The notes under the pieces were generated by a model. The model worked only from the letters and a program-made list of their open reading frames with translations. It ran no database searches and was not told the origin of the DNA. From positions 42,842,001 to 42,906,000 of the forward strand of contig NC_090329.1 in assembly GCF_035084215.1 (NCBI RefSeq): a DNA stretch of 64,000 nucleotides, written 5' to 3'. The position numbers and the translations under genes are program-made. This DNA is from Heptranchias perlo. Taxonomy: Eukaryota. The first letter of the stretch is position 1, and each line of letters opens with the position of its first letter. This document shows, piece by piece, positions 36,164-49,870 of the stretch.

Positions 36164-36420
36164 GCACCCAGATTCTACCACTTCGTTTGTTACAGTTACC
36201 TTCTCGTCTTGCGTAACAGTCTTACCTTCATATTGTTCTCATTAATTATTTCCCTATCCATATAGGAATCTGATACTGCGGACCTGTGAAAGGTCTTGAC
36301 GCCAAAGTCAGCTAAGGGTGCCTTTGTTGGATATATTGAGATATCTTGTGAAGGGGAGCAAACCGAAATCATTCTATCAACTGCACTGCTGACTGGCAGG
36401 AGGACTTCACAGGGGTGAAG

Positions 36421-36916
36421 TGCCTGTATGAGTGCAGCTCCAACAACACTCAAGAAGCTCGACACCATCCAGGACAAAGCAGCCCGCTTGATTGGCATCC
36501 CATCCACCACCCTAAACATTCACTCCCTTCACCACCGGCGCACTGTGGCTGCAGTGTGTACCATCTACAGGATGCACTACAGCAACTCACCAAAGCTTCT
36601 TCGACAGCACCTCCCAAACCCATGATCTTTACCACCTAGAAGGACAAGGGCAGCAGGCACATGGAAACAACACCACCTGCACGTTCCCCTCCAAGTCACA
36701 CACCATCCCGACTTGGAACTATATCGCCGTTCCTTTGTCGTCGCTGGGTCAAAATCTTGGAATTCCCTACCTAACAGCACTGTGGGAGAACCTTCACCAC
36801 ACGGACTGCAGCGGTTCAAGAAGGCGGCTCACCACCACCTTCTCAAGGGCAATTAGGGATGGGCAATAAATGATGGCCTTGCCAGTGATGCCCACATCCC
36901 ATGAACGAATAAAAAA
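36421..36916 (+). mobile_element. LINE family B 3' fragment
   Basis: MSAAPTTLKKLDTIQDKAARLIG; same tail as 24900-24984. Confidence 0.92.
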
Positions 36917-37249
36917 TTTTTTCCCAATTTCGAACTTGCCAGCAGCACCTATTGGAAATTCAGTGCACACTGCAAGTTTGAAGGGCTGTGCCATATCAAT
37001 GCACATGGCCACCCTGCCCATGAGAATACAGCATTCAAGTTGCTGTAAACATTAGAAGGCCTAAGTTTCCTGACAATGAGCCACATCATCAAAAGATTTC
37101 TTTGGCAGCTGGCAGGTGTGTTAGACATCAAAATGCGCTGCCTTGTGATAACATGAAAAAACAGTTACAGAGTTCAGAAAATGATTAACTTGCTTGCAAA
37201 GTCAAAGTGCAGTTGTCTGAGGTGAAAACGTTTGATGTAGGTATGCCAC

Positions 37250-40200
37250 ATCATTGTACTTGATGCAGCTAAGTACCGGGTTATGTTGCCAAACCTCCGG
37301 AGGTAGAATTTCTTTTTATCTTTTCTGTGTGGATGACCTCCTCACAAGTAGCACTACATTTACCTGACTGCAGCATCACCCCCAGGACATGGGTTCAGTG
37401 TACACATGCTTCAACAACCTGACCTTGACAGCAAGGATGTGCATGATGTCTTCCTATCTTTATTTCTCTGCATTAGACCTGGCCACAGCACTACTCCCCC
37501 CTCCCCCAACACTCCAAACACTTCCTTCCCCCATTCATAATTTTCCAAAGTAATCTAAATTAGGGAATTGAGCTTTTGAATTACAAAATGGCAAATGTCA
37601 CTCCATTATTTAAGAAAGGAGGGAGGGAGAAATGAGGAAACTATAGACATGTCAGTTTAAATCAATGGTGAGGAAGTTACTGGAATCTATCACCAGGGAC
37701 AGAGTGACTGAGCACTTGAACAAATATGAACTGATCAAAGAGAGCCTTCAAAAGAAAACTGCTTTCTACACACATGCAATTGTATGAGGTATTAGGAAGC
37801 CTGATTAGTAGCTGCTGCACCAAGTCTGAGAGTATGGCGGAGTCTGATTCCAGCTCATGTGGTATTCTGGTGCAAGACAGCGACACTCTACATTCTACCA
37901 TGGAACATGTGGTCACCTCTACGGATGCTGCATCCATGCCTTCACATCAAGAGTCCTGGCACCAGCTCTTGCAGCTTTGATCGAAGCTCAAACTAGTCCC
38001 ATTCAGGCTCTGAGCTCCACCATCTCCACCGCCCACAAAAGGCTGGGGGGATGCATTGATAAGGGCTTCAGTCACGTCACAGATCTCCTGCAGTCCACAC
38101 TGCCATAAATCGGTGGGAGTGATGAGCCGCAGCCCCATGGGAGTGGCAGTGGCGTAATGGGAGTGGCACATGTTGCACTCTCGCAGGATGTCAGCACATC
38201 TGCTCCCTTGCCACCTCCTCAACTAATGCCTGCCTTGGTGCCAGAAAGTCAGCAGAATTACTGCCCCAGCGGTAGCTGAGGAGTTGCAGTCTGTGGTAGA
38301 ACAGGCAACAGAACCAGAGGCGAGATGAGGATTTTTTTTAAGCGAGTTGTTATGATCTGGAATGTACTGCCTGAAAGGGTAGTGGAAGCAGATTCAATAA
38401 TAACTTTCAAAAGGGAATTGGATAACAACTTGAAGGGAAAAAATTGCAGGGCTATGGGGAAAGGGCAGGGGAGTGGGTTTAATTGGAAAGCTCTTTCAAG
38501 AGCTGGCATAGGCACGATGGACTGAATGGCCTCCTTCTATGCAGTATCATTCTATGATTCCATTAAGTCACTTAAGAAAAGCACTTTGGGTTAACACTTG
38601 AATGAAAATATAATGTTATGGCTCTTGTTTAAAAAAATTACATTCAGAAAATCACAGCTTTTGACTTCCCAACTTTGTCTGCAGTGTGGTTCCACAGTAA
38701 CTACTGAACCTGCAAAGCCAGGTGTCAAGTATATAAAAGTTGGTCAGAGGTTGGAATTTCTTTATTGCAGGGTGAAAGGACTGGTAGAGGTGGTATTGAG
38801 GAGTGTTAATGTGGCGGTGGGGGTAGGCAGAAGGGAAGGAGTAATCAACTGTTAGCAAAGACCTCTGGCTGTAGGCTGGTGCTGTCGTCCTCCTGCTTCT
38901 GCTCCGTCCTCACTGTCATCGAACTCTATCTCGTCAGATTGTGAAAGGTCTTTTTGCTGTGCAGGCTCCATGCACTGACTCCATTGCACAGCAAAGTTGT
39001 GCAGGATGCAGCACAAAACCACAATGTGGGAGACTCTCTGTGGGCTGTATGTCAGAGAGCCCCCAGATGTGCCCAGGCAGTGAAAGTGTTATTTGAGCAG
39101 TCCGATGGTATGCTGTATGATGGTTCTAGCGGTACCATGGCTCTGATTGTATCTCCATTCAACGGGCGAGCGCAATTTACATCGACAGATCATGGGCCAT
39201 GTGTACGGAGCGCAACTTTGGTCCCCAAGTAGCCACGCTGGATCAAAGAGTGGGGGGCTGGTGGACTGGTGGAGTATGAAGGCGCTGTAACAGCTGCAAG
39301 GAAACCAAGCACAGACCTCCATGTTTCACTGCCAATGATCACTCACCATCTGAATACTGATGGAGTGATAGCCTTTCTTGATCATGAAGGCTGTTGGCTG
39401 ATTGGGAGGAGCCCTCATGGCTCTATGGGTGCAGTCAACTACAGCCTGATCCTGTGAGAAGCCTGCTATGGCAGCAATGCCTACAGCCCTTTCCTGCTGA
39501 CTATTGGCATCCATGGGGAATATTATAAAATTGTTGGCTTTGGCAAAGAGGGCATCAGTGACCTGCTTAAGGCAGGCATGGGCTGCAGACTCATTAATCT
39601 GACAGATGCCATCTGGAAAGAGCCAGAGGCAAAAAAAATTAAGGGCCATAGTCATTTTGGCTGTCACAGAAAATGCATGGTCAGCTAGGAGAGTAGGTTG
39701 TAGGTCAAGCTATAAGAGGCTGTACGGGTCCTTGACAGGAGCTTAGCCTCCTGATACACTGCTCCATGGAAAACTGGAGGTAACTAACTCAGGACCTATA
39801 CACCCTATGGGCAGGGTAAGAGCACCTATGAGCAGCCTTCCTCGTGTGCGGTCCAACTGCAGCTATTTGAGGTTCCCTGACTTGCTACTCCTGCTCCTGT
39901 TGCTCCTCTTCCTCCAACCAGAGCAGAGTGCTCAGGATGACTTCCATCTTGAGCTCTAGGATTCTTGAAGGTTTAGAAGCAGAAGAAAAGTGAAAACCAG
40001 CCAATTCGAATGCAAAAACTTGTGAAAAAATCCAGCCAGGTGAACCGCAAACAGATACCAATGATCTGAGTACTTGCAGTTGAGTGCCCCTTTAAATTGT
40101 GCTTCCAATTGCTTTTCCATTCCTGTATTGCCCAGTAGTGCTTCAGGTGAGCCCCTAAACCCATGATGGAAGGTCGGATCAAAGAAGAAGTGCAAGACTG

Positions 40201-40259
40201 TGATTTTAAGGCTACTACCGCCCCTATCCCACTGGGCGCAGCAGGTTAAAATGGGCTCT
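37250..40259. mobile_element. Degraded PIF/Harbinger copy 3 (Myb side plus strand; transposase minus strand about 38850-39960), interrupted by CR1 pieces at about 37575-37750 and 38305-38560
   Basis: AKMTMALNFF, AVVDCTH, KKGYHSISIQMVSD, WLLGDQ; 37800-38250 resembles Myb exon 3; end GGTTAAAATGGGCTC. Confidence 0.7.
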
Positions 40260-41949
40260 ATTGGATCAAATGTGTCCACAGGAAAAAACCCTGGTTTCAT
40301 TGTAACTTGCAGCCCTGGTGGCAAACAAACTTTAAATATCAGAAAATAGCTAACTACCTAAATTCATCCCATAAAAATGGTCAAGACTGTTGTTATTTTT
40401 TCACTCTCAGCAATCATTTACCACAATGAGAAAGTATAGATTGGTGGTTATTCCACTAAAAGGACCCTTACAGCTTAAAGTACTGTATTCTGATCAGCAG
40501 TAAATTGGCAGGAAAGTTACTGACAATCCAAAAAAATTATTCCCGTTGTTTGTATCTCATGGTAGAAAAGCACTGCAGTCATGGTATCCTGTCATCTATT
40601 TGAAATGGAATCAATATATCACTCAATGATTTTATATAATGTAGGCCAATACATTTGTCAATATACTTGGGAATTTACTAATAAAATTCCAAACATGCCA
40701 CTTATTATAAAAATAACACAGGTAAGAGTGTGTTGCAAGACACTAATATATTGATTGCTTCGGATGACTAATAAACTGCTCAAGCTTCACTTTTGCAGCT
40801 TATAACATCATCTCAACCATTTGATGTATTGCTGTCTAATAGCACAGCCTAACCTATGTGTTGCCTTATAGGTAGTAAGTTAATAATATGAGTTTCCTGT
40901 CACTTTCTGTACATTACTAAGCATGCCCCCTTACATATAAAATATGCTAAACTGAAAGAGATACTTCATTTTGTTTAGAATTTATAATTTGTACCTTAGA
41001 CTTTTAAAGTACTTTTACATAACCCTGTCCAATTTTCCATTTCATAATACTGATGCATTATGGCAGATTAGTTTTTTTAAGTGATAGTGCATTTTTATTA
41101 CCTATTTTGACAGTTCCAAAACTATTATTTATCCAATTCAAAATCTACATTTTTCTACACAGACAAACCTTTGGGAATGAACATTATATAACTGGCAGTA
41201 AAAAGTGCATTTTAAAATATTGACAAATAACCTATTATAATCTGTATATCAGGCTGATAGTGAAGTAGTTCTGCAATGTTGTCAGGAATATCATTTTGAT
41301 GTATCTGAATTACTTTTTTTTAACTTCAAAGTCTTTCAAATTACACCAAACTTGTCAATTTTCTTTTCAGCTTTCACTCATTTGGCAAATTTCTATTGCT
41401 TCAGACAGAAGCTAAAGGCCCTTCGTGCCAGTCACCTCGTTTATCAAAATTGATTGTAAGATTCTTCCATCACATATGTTGAGGATTTTACCTATGGTCA
41501 TCAACTCAGATCAGGGGCTAACCTGTCTGCTGCAGTTCTGAATGAGTGGCCACTGCTGTAGGTGCTAAACTCAGTAGAGAACAGAAAATTGCAGATAGAA
41601 GTTGAAGTTCTCTGTCACCTTCAAACTTCAGGAGTGCCTTTGATTGGATTATTTCTTCTACAATCACTTTAACTGCAACGTGTGTTATTAACGTGTCCTC
41701 ATTTTGGCTGGTAGTTAAAATAACAGATGTACAGCAAATGCTGCACAGTTAACAAGAACAACTTGCATTTTTATTACGCTCCCCATGTTAACCAGATCAA
41801 CAGTGTTGCCAATGTTTGATCATATTTAGCACATAGGTTCAGAAGGCAAAGACCTGAAATGGAGCACAGACTGGGTAAAGCCCTGGCATCAGATACCCAA
41901 AGAAGCACATCTACCACCTTAGAACCAACCACCTGGATATAACAGTGGG

Positions 41950-42200
41950 CCACTGCATTCAAAGCAATTGGTAATCCACATTCTCTGGCAGTCAAATATC
42001 CAAGATTTGGCTTATCTCTTTAACTATGTCTGATGACACCAGTTGCCATGACAGTCAACAAGGCAGAACAGGACTATAATGCCAAACACAGGGTGCTCAT
42101 TAAGCAATGTTTTGAAGCCTTAAAGAATGATTCCATGACTGAATCACTTAAAGGGGGGAATATTAGAATTTGCCCTAGAGAAGGTGTGCAAGATTACCAA
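41950..42200 (+). pseudogene. HARBI1-like transposase C-terminal remnant
   Basis: LMTPV...AEQDYNAKHRVLIKQCFEALK. Confidence 0.55.
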
Positions 42201-43177
42201 GGTGATGGTATATCTGGTCAACCAAATGATTTCCACCCAATCCAGCAACACGTGCTCTGTCATAGCATGGCCAAAGCACCTGACTCTCTTGCCATTCTTT
42301 CATGCTATTCAGAAGTCCAAATCGCCACTCCAGCTGCTTCAGAGTCTATGGTTACTTTAATCTCATTATTTATGTTTGTTAAGGCATTTAAAAGGTGCCA
42401 AATAGAGTGACTGCTGCCCGATTGATTTTTTTGCAGCTATCAGTAGTGGCACAAGGAGCACTTGCAGGAGCCAATGGAGGGCATGGTCTGGTGCTCATTT
42501 TTACTATTATTCGAGCTGCAAGGGTGGGGACAGCCATAACACCTAAAATGGAGAAATGAGCCCCAGGTAAATTTTGTAATCCATCTGGTATAATACTTGA
42601 AAGTATTTAGATCTTCTGGTTTGGTTCAGGGAGATGGTGCATCAACAGCTGGAATCTAATAGATACAAAAAAAAAGTCTTTGATCAGGTAAAGTGCCATA
42701 CCTTAGTTACACTGCATATCTATTTGAGTTTGGTCAGTATGTTTTTTGATTCATTTCAACTGTGCTTGCTACCCCGATGCTATCCCAGTTTTCAAGCCTT
42801 TTGGTTTGGCAATTTGACACACATTGAGCCTCGCTGTCTCTCCTTTGCTACTCATTCTGGCTTTGCAAATACTTGTATCTTACATTGGAACAAATTCAGG
42901 TATAGAAGCAGCTGAATGTAGGAGCCAGTATGTGCCAAATGTTCCATATGCAACTTTCTGGAATCATCAACTGCTTTATTGAATTTAGTTAAGCAATGTG
43001 GTGGCATCTTCAGTTATAAAATATAGTCGAAATAAACCAGAGGTTAGTCCTACTCCTGTGTCTCATCTTCCGAGACCTTGTGGGATTTTGTGTTTTTGAT
43101 AGATGATCCCTAGATTGAAATAACTGAGCATTAAGTTTTTCCTAGTTATGCAGATCATGATGTCTATAAAACTGGTA

Positions 43178-43650
43178 GTCTCAGCAGTGGCTCAGTGGTA
43201 CTGAGGGAGTACTACACAGTCAGAGATTTTTTTTTATTCGTTCATGGGATGTGGGCGTCGCTGGTAAGGCCAGCATTTATTGCCCATCCCTAATTGCCCT
43301 TGAAAAGGTGCTGGTGAGCCACCTTCTTGAACCACTGCTGCCTTTTGGATGAGACGTTAAACTGAGGCCCCATCTACCCTCTCAAGTGGACATAAAAGAT
43401 CCCATGGCACTATTTCAAAGAAGAGCAGAGGAGTTAGCCCTGGTGTCCTGGCCAAAATTTATCCCTCAATCAATAAAACAGATTATCTGGCCCTTATCAC
43501 ATTGCTGTTTGTGGGACCTTGCTGCGTGCAAATTGGCTGTCCCGTTTCCTATATCACAGCAGTGACTACACTGAAAAAGTACTTCATTGGCTGTAATGCG
43601 CTTTGGGACATCCTGAGGTCATGAAGAACGTTATATAAATACAAGACTTT
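43178..43650 (+). repeat. Deu-domain SINE (AmnSINE1/SacSINE1-like) carrying an antisense LINE-B tail at about 43226-43338
   Basis: GGATGAGACGTTAAAC-GAGGCCCC...AAAAGATCCCATGGCACTATT...GGTGTCCTGGCCAA; L2-type 3' end. Confidence 0.82.
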
Positions 43651-44744
43651 TTTTTTTCACTCCTTTACAGAAATGGATTTGTGCAAGTGGGGGCCAATCT
43701 CACTTTGTGGTTACACCGAAGCATTCAAGATGAAGGCAACTAAAGTAGCTAAGTTATATTAAATTAAAATGAACTCTTTATTGCCACTTATATAATTTTT
43801 ATGTCCAACTAAAGAAAATGTTGTGGTCCTCACTGACTTTACCAGTGGACTCGAAATTTCTATAAAAAGCTAAACAGGCTTGTGCCCATTTGTAAGATGT
43901 GGGAAAAAGCAACAAATTGACTATATATTTACTGGAAGACATTCTGGTGCTTAGGTTACTAAGGTATTTTTGCAGGAAAGATTAGCTGATGACCCTGGAC
44001 TTTATGTTTTTTTCAAGATGATTATCAGGCCTCCGTTTATACATAATTTCACATGGGAAAGATTATAGCTAGAGATTCAGATTAAGGTTGAATTGCATTA
44101 GTCGTGTCCAGCTTTGGCAGTTGGGTGTCGTTTTGGCTAGAAATGACTTGTTGATATTAATGAACAAATGTTTAATAGGAAAAACTCAGACCAGAGAAAA
44201 TAGTACATTTCTCCACATTACACCACCAGGGAAGTCAACAATGAACTATTAGAAAAGATAAACATGTACCAAGCACCAGATGACCCAAAAAGTTGTCTCT
44301 GTACATATACAAAAGGACATAAATTTGAAAAATGTATCCATATGCATGCACTACTACTGGTGCATCAAATCCAAAGTAGTCCAAACTAGCTTCGTCTGGA
44401 TTTTTTTAATAATCACATCACTCTAGTTTGTACTGGTTTGAAGACCTTATCAGATCTATCACTCATCGGCAGTGTATATGATAATTAACATACACAAACA
44501 CTAATTAAAACCTACAGTTCCACAACTGTCAGCATCAGGAAATATTAAGGAGTGATATTTCTGATCATCAAGAATTACACAGATTGCAAACCTATTCAAA
44601 AATGTTCATTTATTTTTAAGAATGGATATACTCCTGCAGACATATAAATGCTTAGTGGTAGAATCTTAATAATGGACTGAATTAAGTTATAAGACACTGC
44701 AGCATGTTTCACAACATAAGAAGTGAGCTTCTGTTTTAAAGTCT

Positions 44745-47700
44745 ATGGCCTGGAAATTTTTGGGGCCCCTCTCTGCTGGCATAAGTGCAGTAAAGTGATA
44801 CTTATGCCCAGCGAACCCGAAAGAAGGGGCAGTTAATTTAAATAATGCTGGTGGGACAAGGGCAGGAGTCTTGGCGGCAGTGGGCCAGATACGTTGGGGG
44901 AGCCCAAAAATCCAGTAAGGGGGCAGAACAAGGCCATAACTTTCCTATTTAAAGGAAACCATGCACTTAAAGGCCGAGCAGGGGCTTGGATAAGGGACTG
45001 AAATGGCTGGAGCGAAAGAAGGACGAAGGCAAGCTTCTAATTTTTCAGATGCTGATGTGGAAGTGCTGCTGGCACAAATTAGAAAACAGGGGAATGGCAT
45101 AGATGGAGTACCAGGGAAGAGGACATCACATGCAGCAGCATGACCCACCTGGAAGGAGGTGACAGTGGCTGTGTGTGGGACCTCCATAAACACAAGGACC
45201 TCCTTGCAGTATTGGAAGTATAATTACCACACTAGGTCAACAAAGGTATGAAAGTGTTCAGATGAATAATGGGGCAGATAACCGAATAGCAGAAAAGCAT
45301 GAGGATAAAACAATAGTCAAGCATTGCCCTTTAGGGTATCACAAGGCACCATGTGCCTTGTCCCAGAAGCAAAGTAAATTGGCAGCACTCTTGTTAAGTG
45401 TTTCACATTCTGCAATGCATGCTAGCACACTAAAGTCTCACAGCCTAGGTCCTTGCGCCCTGACACCTACTTTTACTAACAAAAAGAAAAAAAGAACTTG
45501 CTATTTACTACTCTCCTTATATACTTTCTTTATTTACTACCATCCATTCCATGAATCCTGATTGCTTGTGACTGCAGGATTTGGAGACTGCAGCAGCTAA
45601 TTAACACCAAGCAGTCCTCCTGCAAGAGAAGACAACGTACAATGCCAGGGAACACCAGGTTACCAGAGGAGAACATGCCAATTCTTGGCATTTGACACCA
45701 CATAAAGAGGAAGCAAAGGCTATAATTGGCTTCCACTCTGGCCTAGCAGTTGGAGATGGAGATGTGGGAGTCTCTGTGCTTTCAGTGAGTTTGTGAGAAT
45801 GCATAACATTTGTTTTCTAATGTTTCCATGTATTCTTCATGTCCATGTCCCTTGTCCCAGGAGCAAAGTCACCTGACAACACTCTTGTTGAGTGTTTCAC
45901 TTTCTGTAATGCGTGCTATCACACTGAAATCTCACAGCCTAGATCCTTGCTCCCTAACACCTACTCTTACTACCATCCATTCTGCCAATCCTGATTGTTT
46001 GTGACTGCAGGATCTGGAGATTGCAGCAGCTAATTAAAACTGTGCATTCCTCCTGCAGGAGGAAACAGCTCACAATGTCAGTGAACGCCAGGCTACTGCA
46101 GGACGATGTGCCAACATCCAGCATTTGACACCACATGAAGAGGAAGCAAAAGCCACAATTGGCTTCCACATTGGCCTGGCAGTTGGGGATGGAGATGTGG
46201 GAGTCCTTGCCTTCAGTGGGTTTGTGAGAGTGTATACTTTTTGTTTTTTAATGTTTCTATGTATTCTTCAATCTCTTCACCACCTACCACTTTCCTTATA
46301 AGGAATATATAAAGTAACTGAAAATGATAGAATGCTGCTCAACCAGAGTTAACAAGTATTGTTTTTTTCTCCTGCTGCAAGCCAGCCCACAGCAGAAAAT
46401 ATTGCTGAAGGGCAAGACGTTACAGTCCTTTCTACCTCTGGTAACTCTGGTGATCACTCACCCACCCCATCATTCATTCTCTCCCTTACACTCAACAGCC
46501 CAGAGACACCCACTTGAGGAGGTACAGATAGTGTAGATGAGGAATTAACACATGGTGCACAAGGAAGCCAGAGGATGCAGATGTGGAAGTGGAGTCCAAT
46601 TAAGTTGAGTGGTGGCAGAAGACTTGACAGCCTCTGACTGCAGAGTTAGCAGATGATAATCTCAGGGGTCCTGCTGTGAAGAAAAGGATGCCAGCAGAGC
46701 ATTAGACACATATGGAGGTTCTGTGTGACTTCTCTCAAGATATGCGACAAATAGCAAGGATAACGGCGAAGTCCACTGCCCTTTGTGCATCAAAATCTGA
46801 GAAGGGCTCAACTCATTGTTGGACAGCTTAGAGAAAATGTCAGCTGTAGGAGCTTCTGCTAACCTTCTCCCACTTCATGAGGGATCTAGGCAAGTCAGTC
46901 AATTCAATATGGAGGCATTGCAGGTCTTGAGGGACACTATCTGGAGAGGTCATGTCAATCGGATTGCAAAGTATACAGGACAGCATCTCAGAAAGACCAA
47001 AGAATGTTTGCTTAACTCTCTCTCAGGGTTATAAAGATCTTTTTGATTCAGTGCGATCCATTCTTTTACTGATTACTGGTAACCAGCATCCTGTTCCCAG
47101 TACCAGTGTATAAGCTATTATGTGTGCTTCAGAGGCTGCTTCCCCTTACAGCAGCTTCAGAGGCTGCTTCCCCTTACAGCAGCAGCACAAAGAAGTATTC
47201 CATTACTTCCCTACAGAAGCTTTCATCTTGCAGGAGCAGACTACCAAAGAGCCCATAATTAAGAGTCGACCTGTCCCGTGTTCATCCCAGGACTTGGGGA
47301 CCTTGAGAGAAGGGCCACTTCCATCCTTAGAGGCTCATAATATAATACAGCAACCATCTACATGTCAGACCCCGGCCCTCAACTGGCATGCAGAAGTGTT
47401 CGAATTGGGCAGAGAAAAGGATGCATGGCCACAAGGGGTGTGCACGGTAACAGAACCAAGTTATGTTTTTGCAAATAGTTGTAATAAATTATTGGAATAT
47501 TTGATGTAAGGACTGCTTGGTGTTTGGTTTTCATGTATGACAATGGGAAAGAGGTAATGGGCTGATTTGATGGCTCAGGATTAGGATGTGATGGCTCGAT
47601 GTGAGGAGCAACGATTTTAGATAGGCCACTGAGAGTTTGGTGAAAGGAGGCAGATCTCTGATGGGCTGGGACTTCCAAATAATAGTGCTCTATTTGTCTG

Positions 47701-48060
47701 TGAAAGTGTGCCAAATGAGTCTGTCTCTCAGCTGTCTAGCAGTAGTTTGCCATTGCACTTGCTTCCTGTTCTTCATGGGCTGGGTCTATAGCATCAGCAG
47801 TGTCATCATCAGGCTCTCTACAGACCTTTGAGCATCCCAACAACTTGCTCAGTTATTATCCTTGTCTTCATGTGTGCACCATTGTAGCAGTCCTCTTCAG
47901 CACTGGTGGTCCCACAAAGAGACAACATGAGCCACAGGAGTAGTGTCATCCAGCTGCCATCATGCCCCTTGCCTCTGTTGTTGAAATAGAGCTGAGACAC
48001 TGGACTAACAAAGTACAAAAGCATCCTGACATGAGGAGGCTCCATATTTAAAGTGTCTCT
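44745..48060. mobile_element. Degraded PIF/Harbinger copy 4 (Myb gene from 45003 with duplicated exon 2; transposase remnant on minus strand)
   Basis: MAGAKEGRRQASNFSDADVEVLL, TWKEVTVAVC; donor at 45246; right boundary uncertain. Confidence 0.65.
45350..46270 (+). repeat. Diverged tandem duplication (45350-45843 and 45844-46270)
   Basis: Both units begin CATGT-CCTTGTCCCAG-AGCAAAGT and contain GTGACTGCAGGAT and GCAGTTGG-GATGGAGATGTGGGAGTC. Confidence 0.9.
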
Positions 48061-48339
48061 TACCTCAGTATTAACATTGGTTCACTTCAGACATTCTTGG
48101 AGGGCTAATTTGAACCTTCAGAAGGACAGTAAGATTCAACATTTCAGTCTGGTTAGCAATTCCTACATGTTCTCCATTGTGCAATATTTTTATCTTGAGA
48201 AACCAAGGTAAAGGATCAAAGCTCATACAACAGAAACCAAGTTTGAAAAGAATAAGACAGAAGTTAATGTAATGATGCCATATTTGGGTTTTAGAAGTCA
48301 GAAGTCCTGGGATAAGATCAGTTAGAGTACGAGACAACA

Positions 48340-49008
48340 CAATCCCGTAAATTGAACTGCGAGTTCGAAAAAAATCAGCGTTCTTTCCCTGGCTGTGTGA
48401 GTGGCGAAAGGATCGCTAAAGCCCCTCAACCAATCAGCTTGAAGCAAGTCACGCTGTGAGAACCAGGAAGTGCAGTTCATTTATATACCGCGCAAACTAA
48501 AAACCCGGATGTGCCCGATAAGGTATTATAAAATTACATAGAGAAAATGAAATAAAGAGAGGATACGACTAAAAGACGGAGATAAAAGAAACAGAAGGAA
48601 AAAGTATTAAAAAAGTTTTAATTTTTTTTAAATGTCTAAGAACTATTAAAATCAGGAGTAATGAGACGCCACATTTTTAAAAGTTAATTATTAGTGCGAG
48701 AGAGATTGCTTAGCAGTCATTAAGACTTACCACACTGTTAAAACTTAGTTTAGACTTTAAAAACTGAGCATACCTGTTTTGTGGCAAGGTTAGTTCGTTT
48801 CCAGCTGGGCAGGAGAGCAAGTTGGCGTTGGTCCATTGATTACACTGATTGCAGCCAGCAAAATCCCTTTAAGGTGAAGCAGTCACATCGCCAGCGAAAC
48901 AGGAAGGGCAAGTTCCAGATTTCTGCATTTAACTGCACATGTGCGGTCGCCACTAACAACAGTGAGCGCTGTTAGGCTCATCGTTATTTTAAAAGCAATT
49001 TCTGGGCC
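48340..49008. mobile_element. Probable non-autonomous DNA transposon
   Basis: CCCGTAAATTG / CAATTTCTGGGCC ends; CpG-richer than flanks. Confidence 0.45.
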
Positions 49009-49081
49009 ATTGGGTCTTGATTCTTCAATGCAACAAGGATGTCAGGAGGAGAAAGAATGTGTAGGGCAGCATTTTTTGGAA

Positions 49082-49870
49082 ACATACGCACATAGGAACA
49101 GGAGTAGGCCATTCAGCCCCTCCATTCAATTAGATCATGGCTGATCAGTAGCACTACCCCAGTTACCCCTCTTTGCCCCATATCCCTTGATATCCTTACC
49201 TACCTATCTTAGTCTTGAAAATTTCAACTGACCCAGTATTCAAAGCCTTTTGGGGGAAATAGTTCCACATTTCCACTACACTTTGTGTGAAAATTTGCTT
49301 CCTGATTTCACACCTAAATGCCTAGCTCTATTTGCAAGATTATGCCCCCTTGTTCTTGATTATCCCACCAGAGGAAATATTTTATATCTATCCTATCAAA
49401 TCCCTTTGTCATTTTAATGACCTCAAATTAGATCTCCCCTCAACCTTCTAAACTCAAGGGAATACAAGCCAAATTGATTAAACCTAGACTCATAATTTAA
49501 CCCTTTAAGCCCCAGTGTCATTCTGGTGAATCTGCACCGTACCATCCTTCCTGAGGTGCAGTACCCAAAACTGAATGCAGTACTCCAGATGGGGTCTGAC
49601 CAAGGCTCTGTACCACTGAAAAATAACTTTCCCCACTTTGTATTCCAGCCCCCTCGAGATAAAGGCCAACATTCCATCAGCCTTTTTAAAAATTATTGTT
49701 TGTATCCGTTTACTAGCTTTTAGTGATTTGTATACATGGACACCTAAATCTCTTTGCTCCTAGTCTCTCCCCATTAAGAAAATATTTCAATTCATCTTTC
49801 TTGGATCCAAAGTGGATGACCTCACACTTCTTCACATTGAAATCCATCTGCCACAGTTTTGCCCACTGTC
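49082..49870 (-). mobile_element. Older CR1 LINE 3' fragment
   Basis: GLYSLEFRRLRGDLI; CR1 3' UTR at 49082-49145. Confidence 0.85.

Noticed and set aside
36196-36420. About 70 open codons on the minus strand with an AAG/GTAAGA donor
   Set aside because: No recognisable homology; the acceptor is supplied by the LINE junction; may be the C-terminus of a decayed Harbinger Myb gene.
40645-40721. Plus-strand exon candidate (QYICQYTWEFTNKIPNMPLIIKITQ)
   Set aside because: Weak acceptor, unrecognised peptide, no partner exons.
47126-47181. 28-bp perfect tandem repeat, CRISPR-like length
   Set aside because: Two adjacent units without spacers in eukaryotic DNA; a simple slippage duplication.
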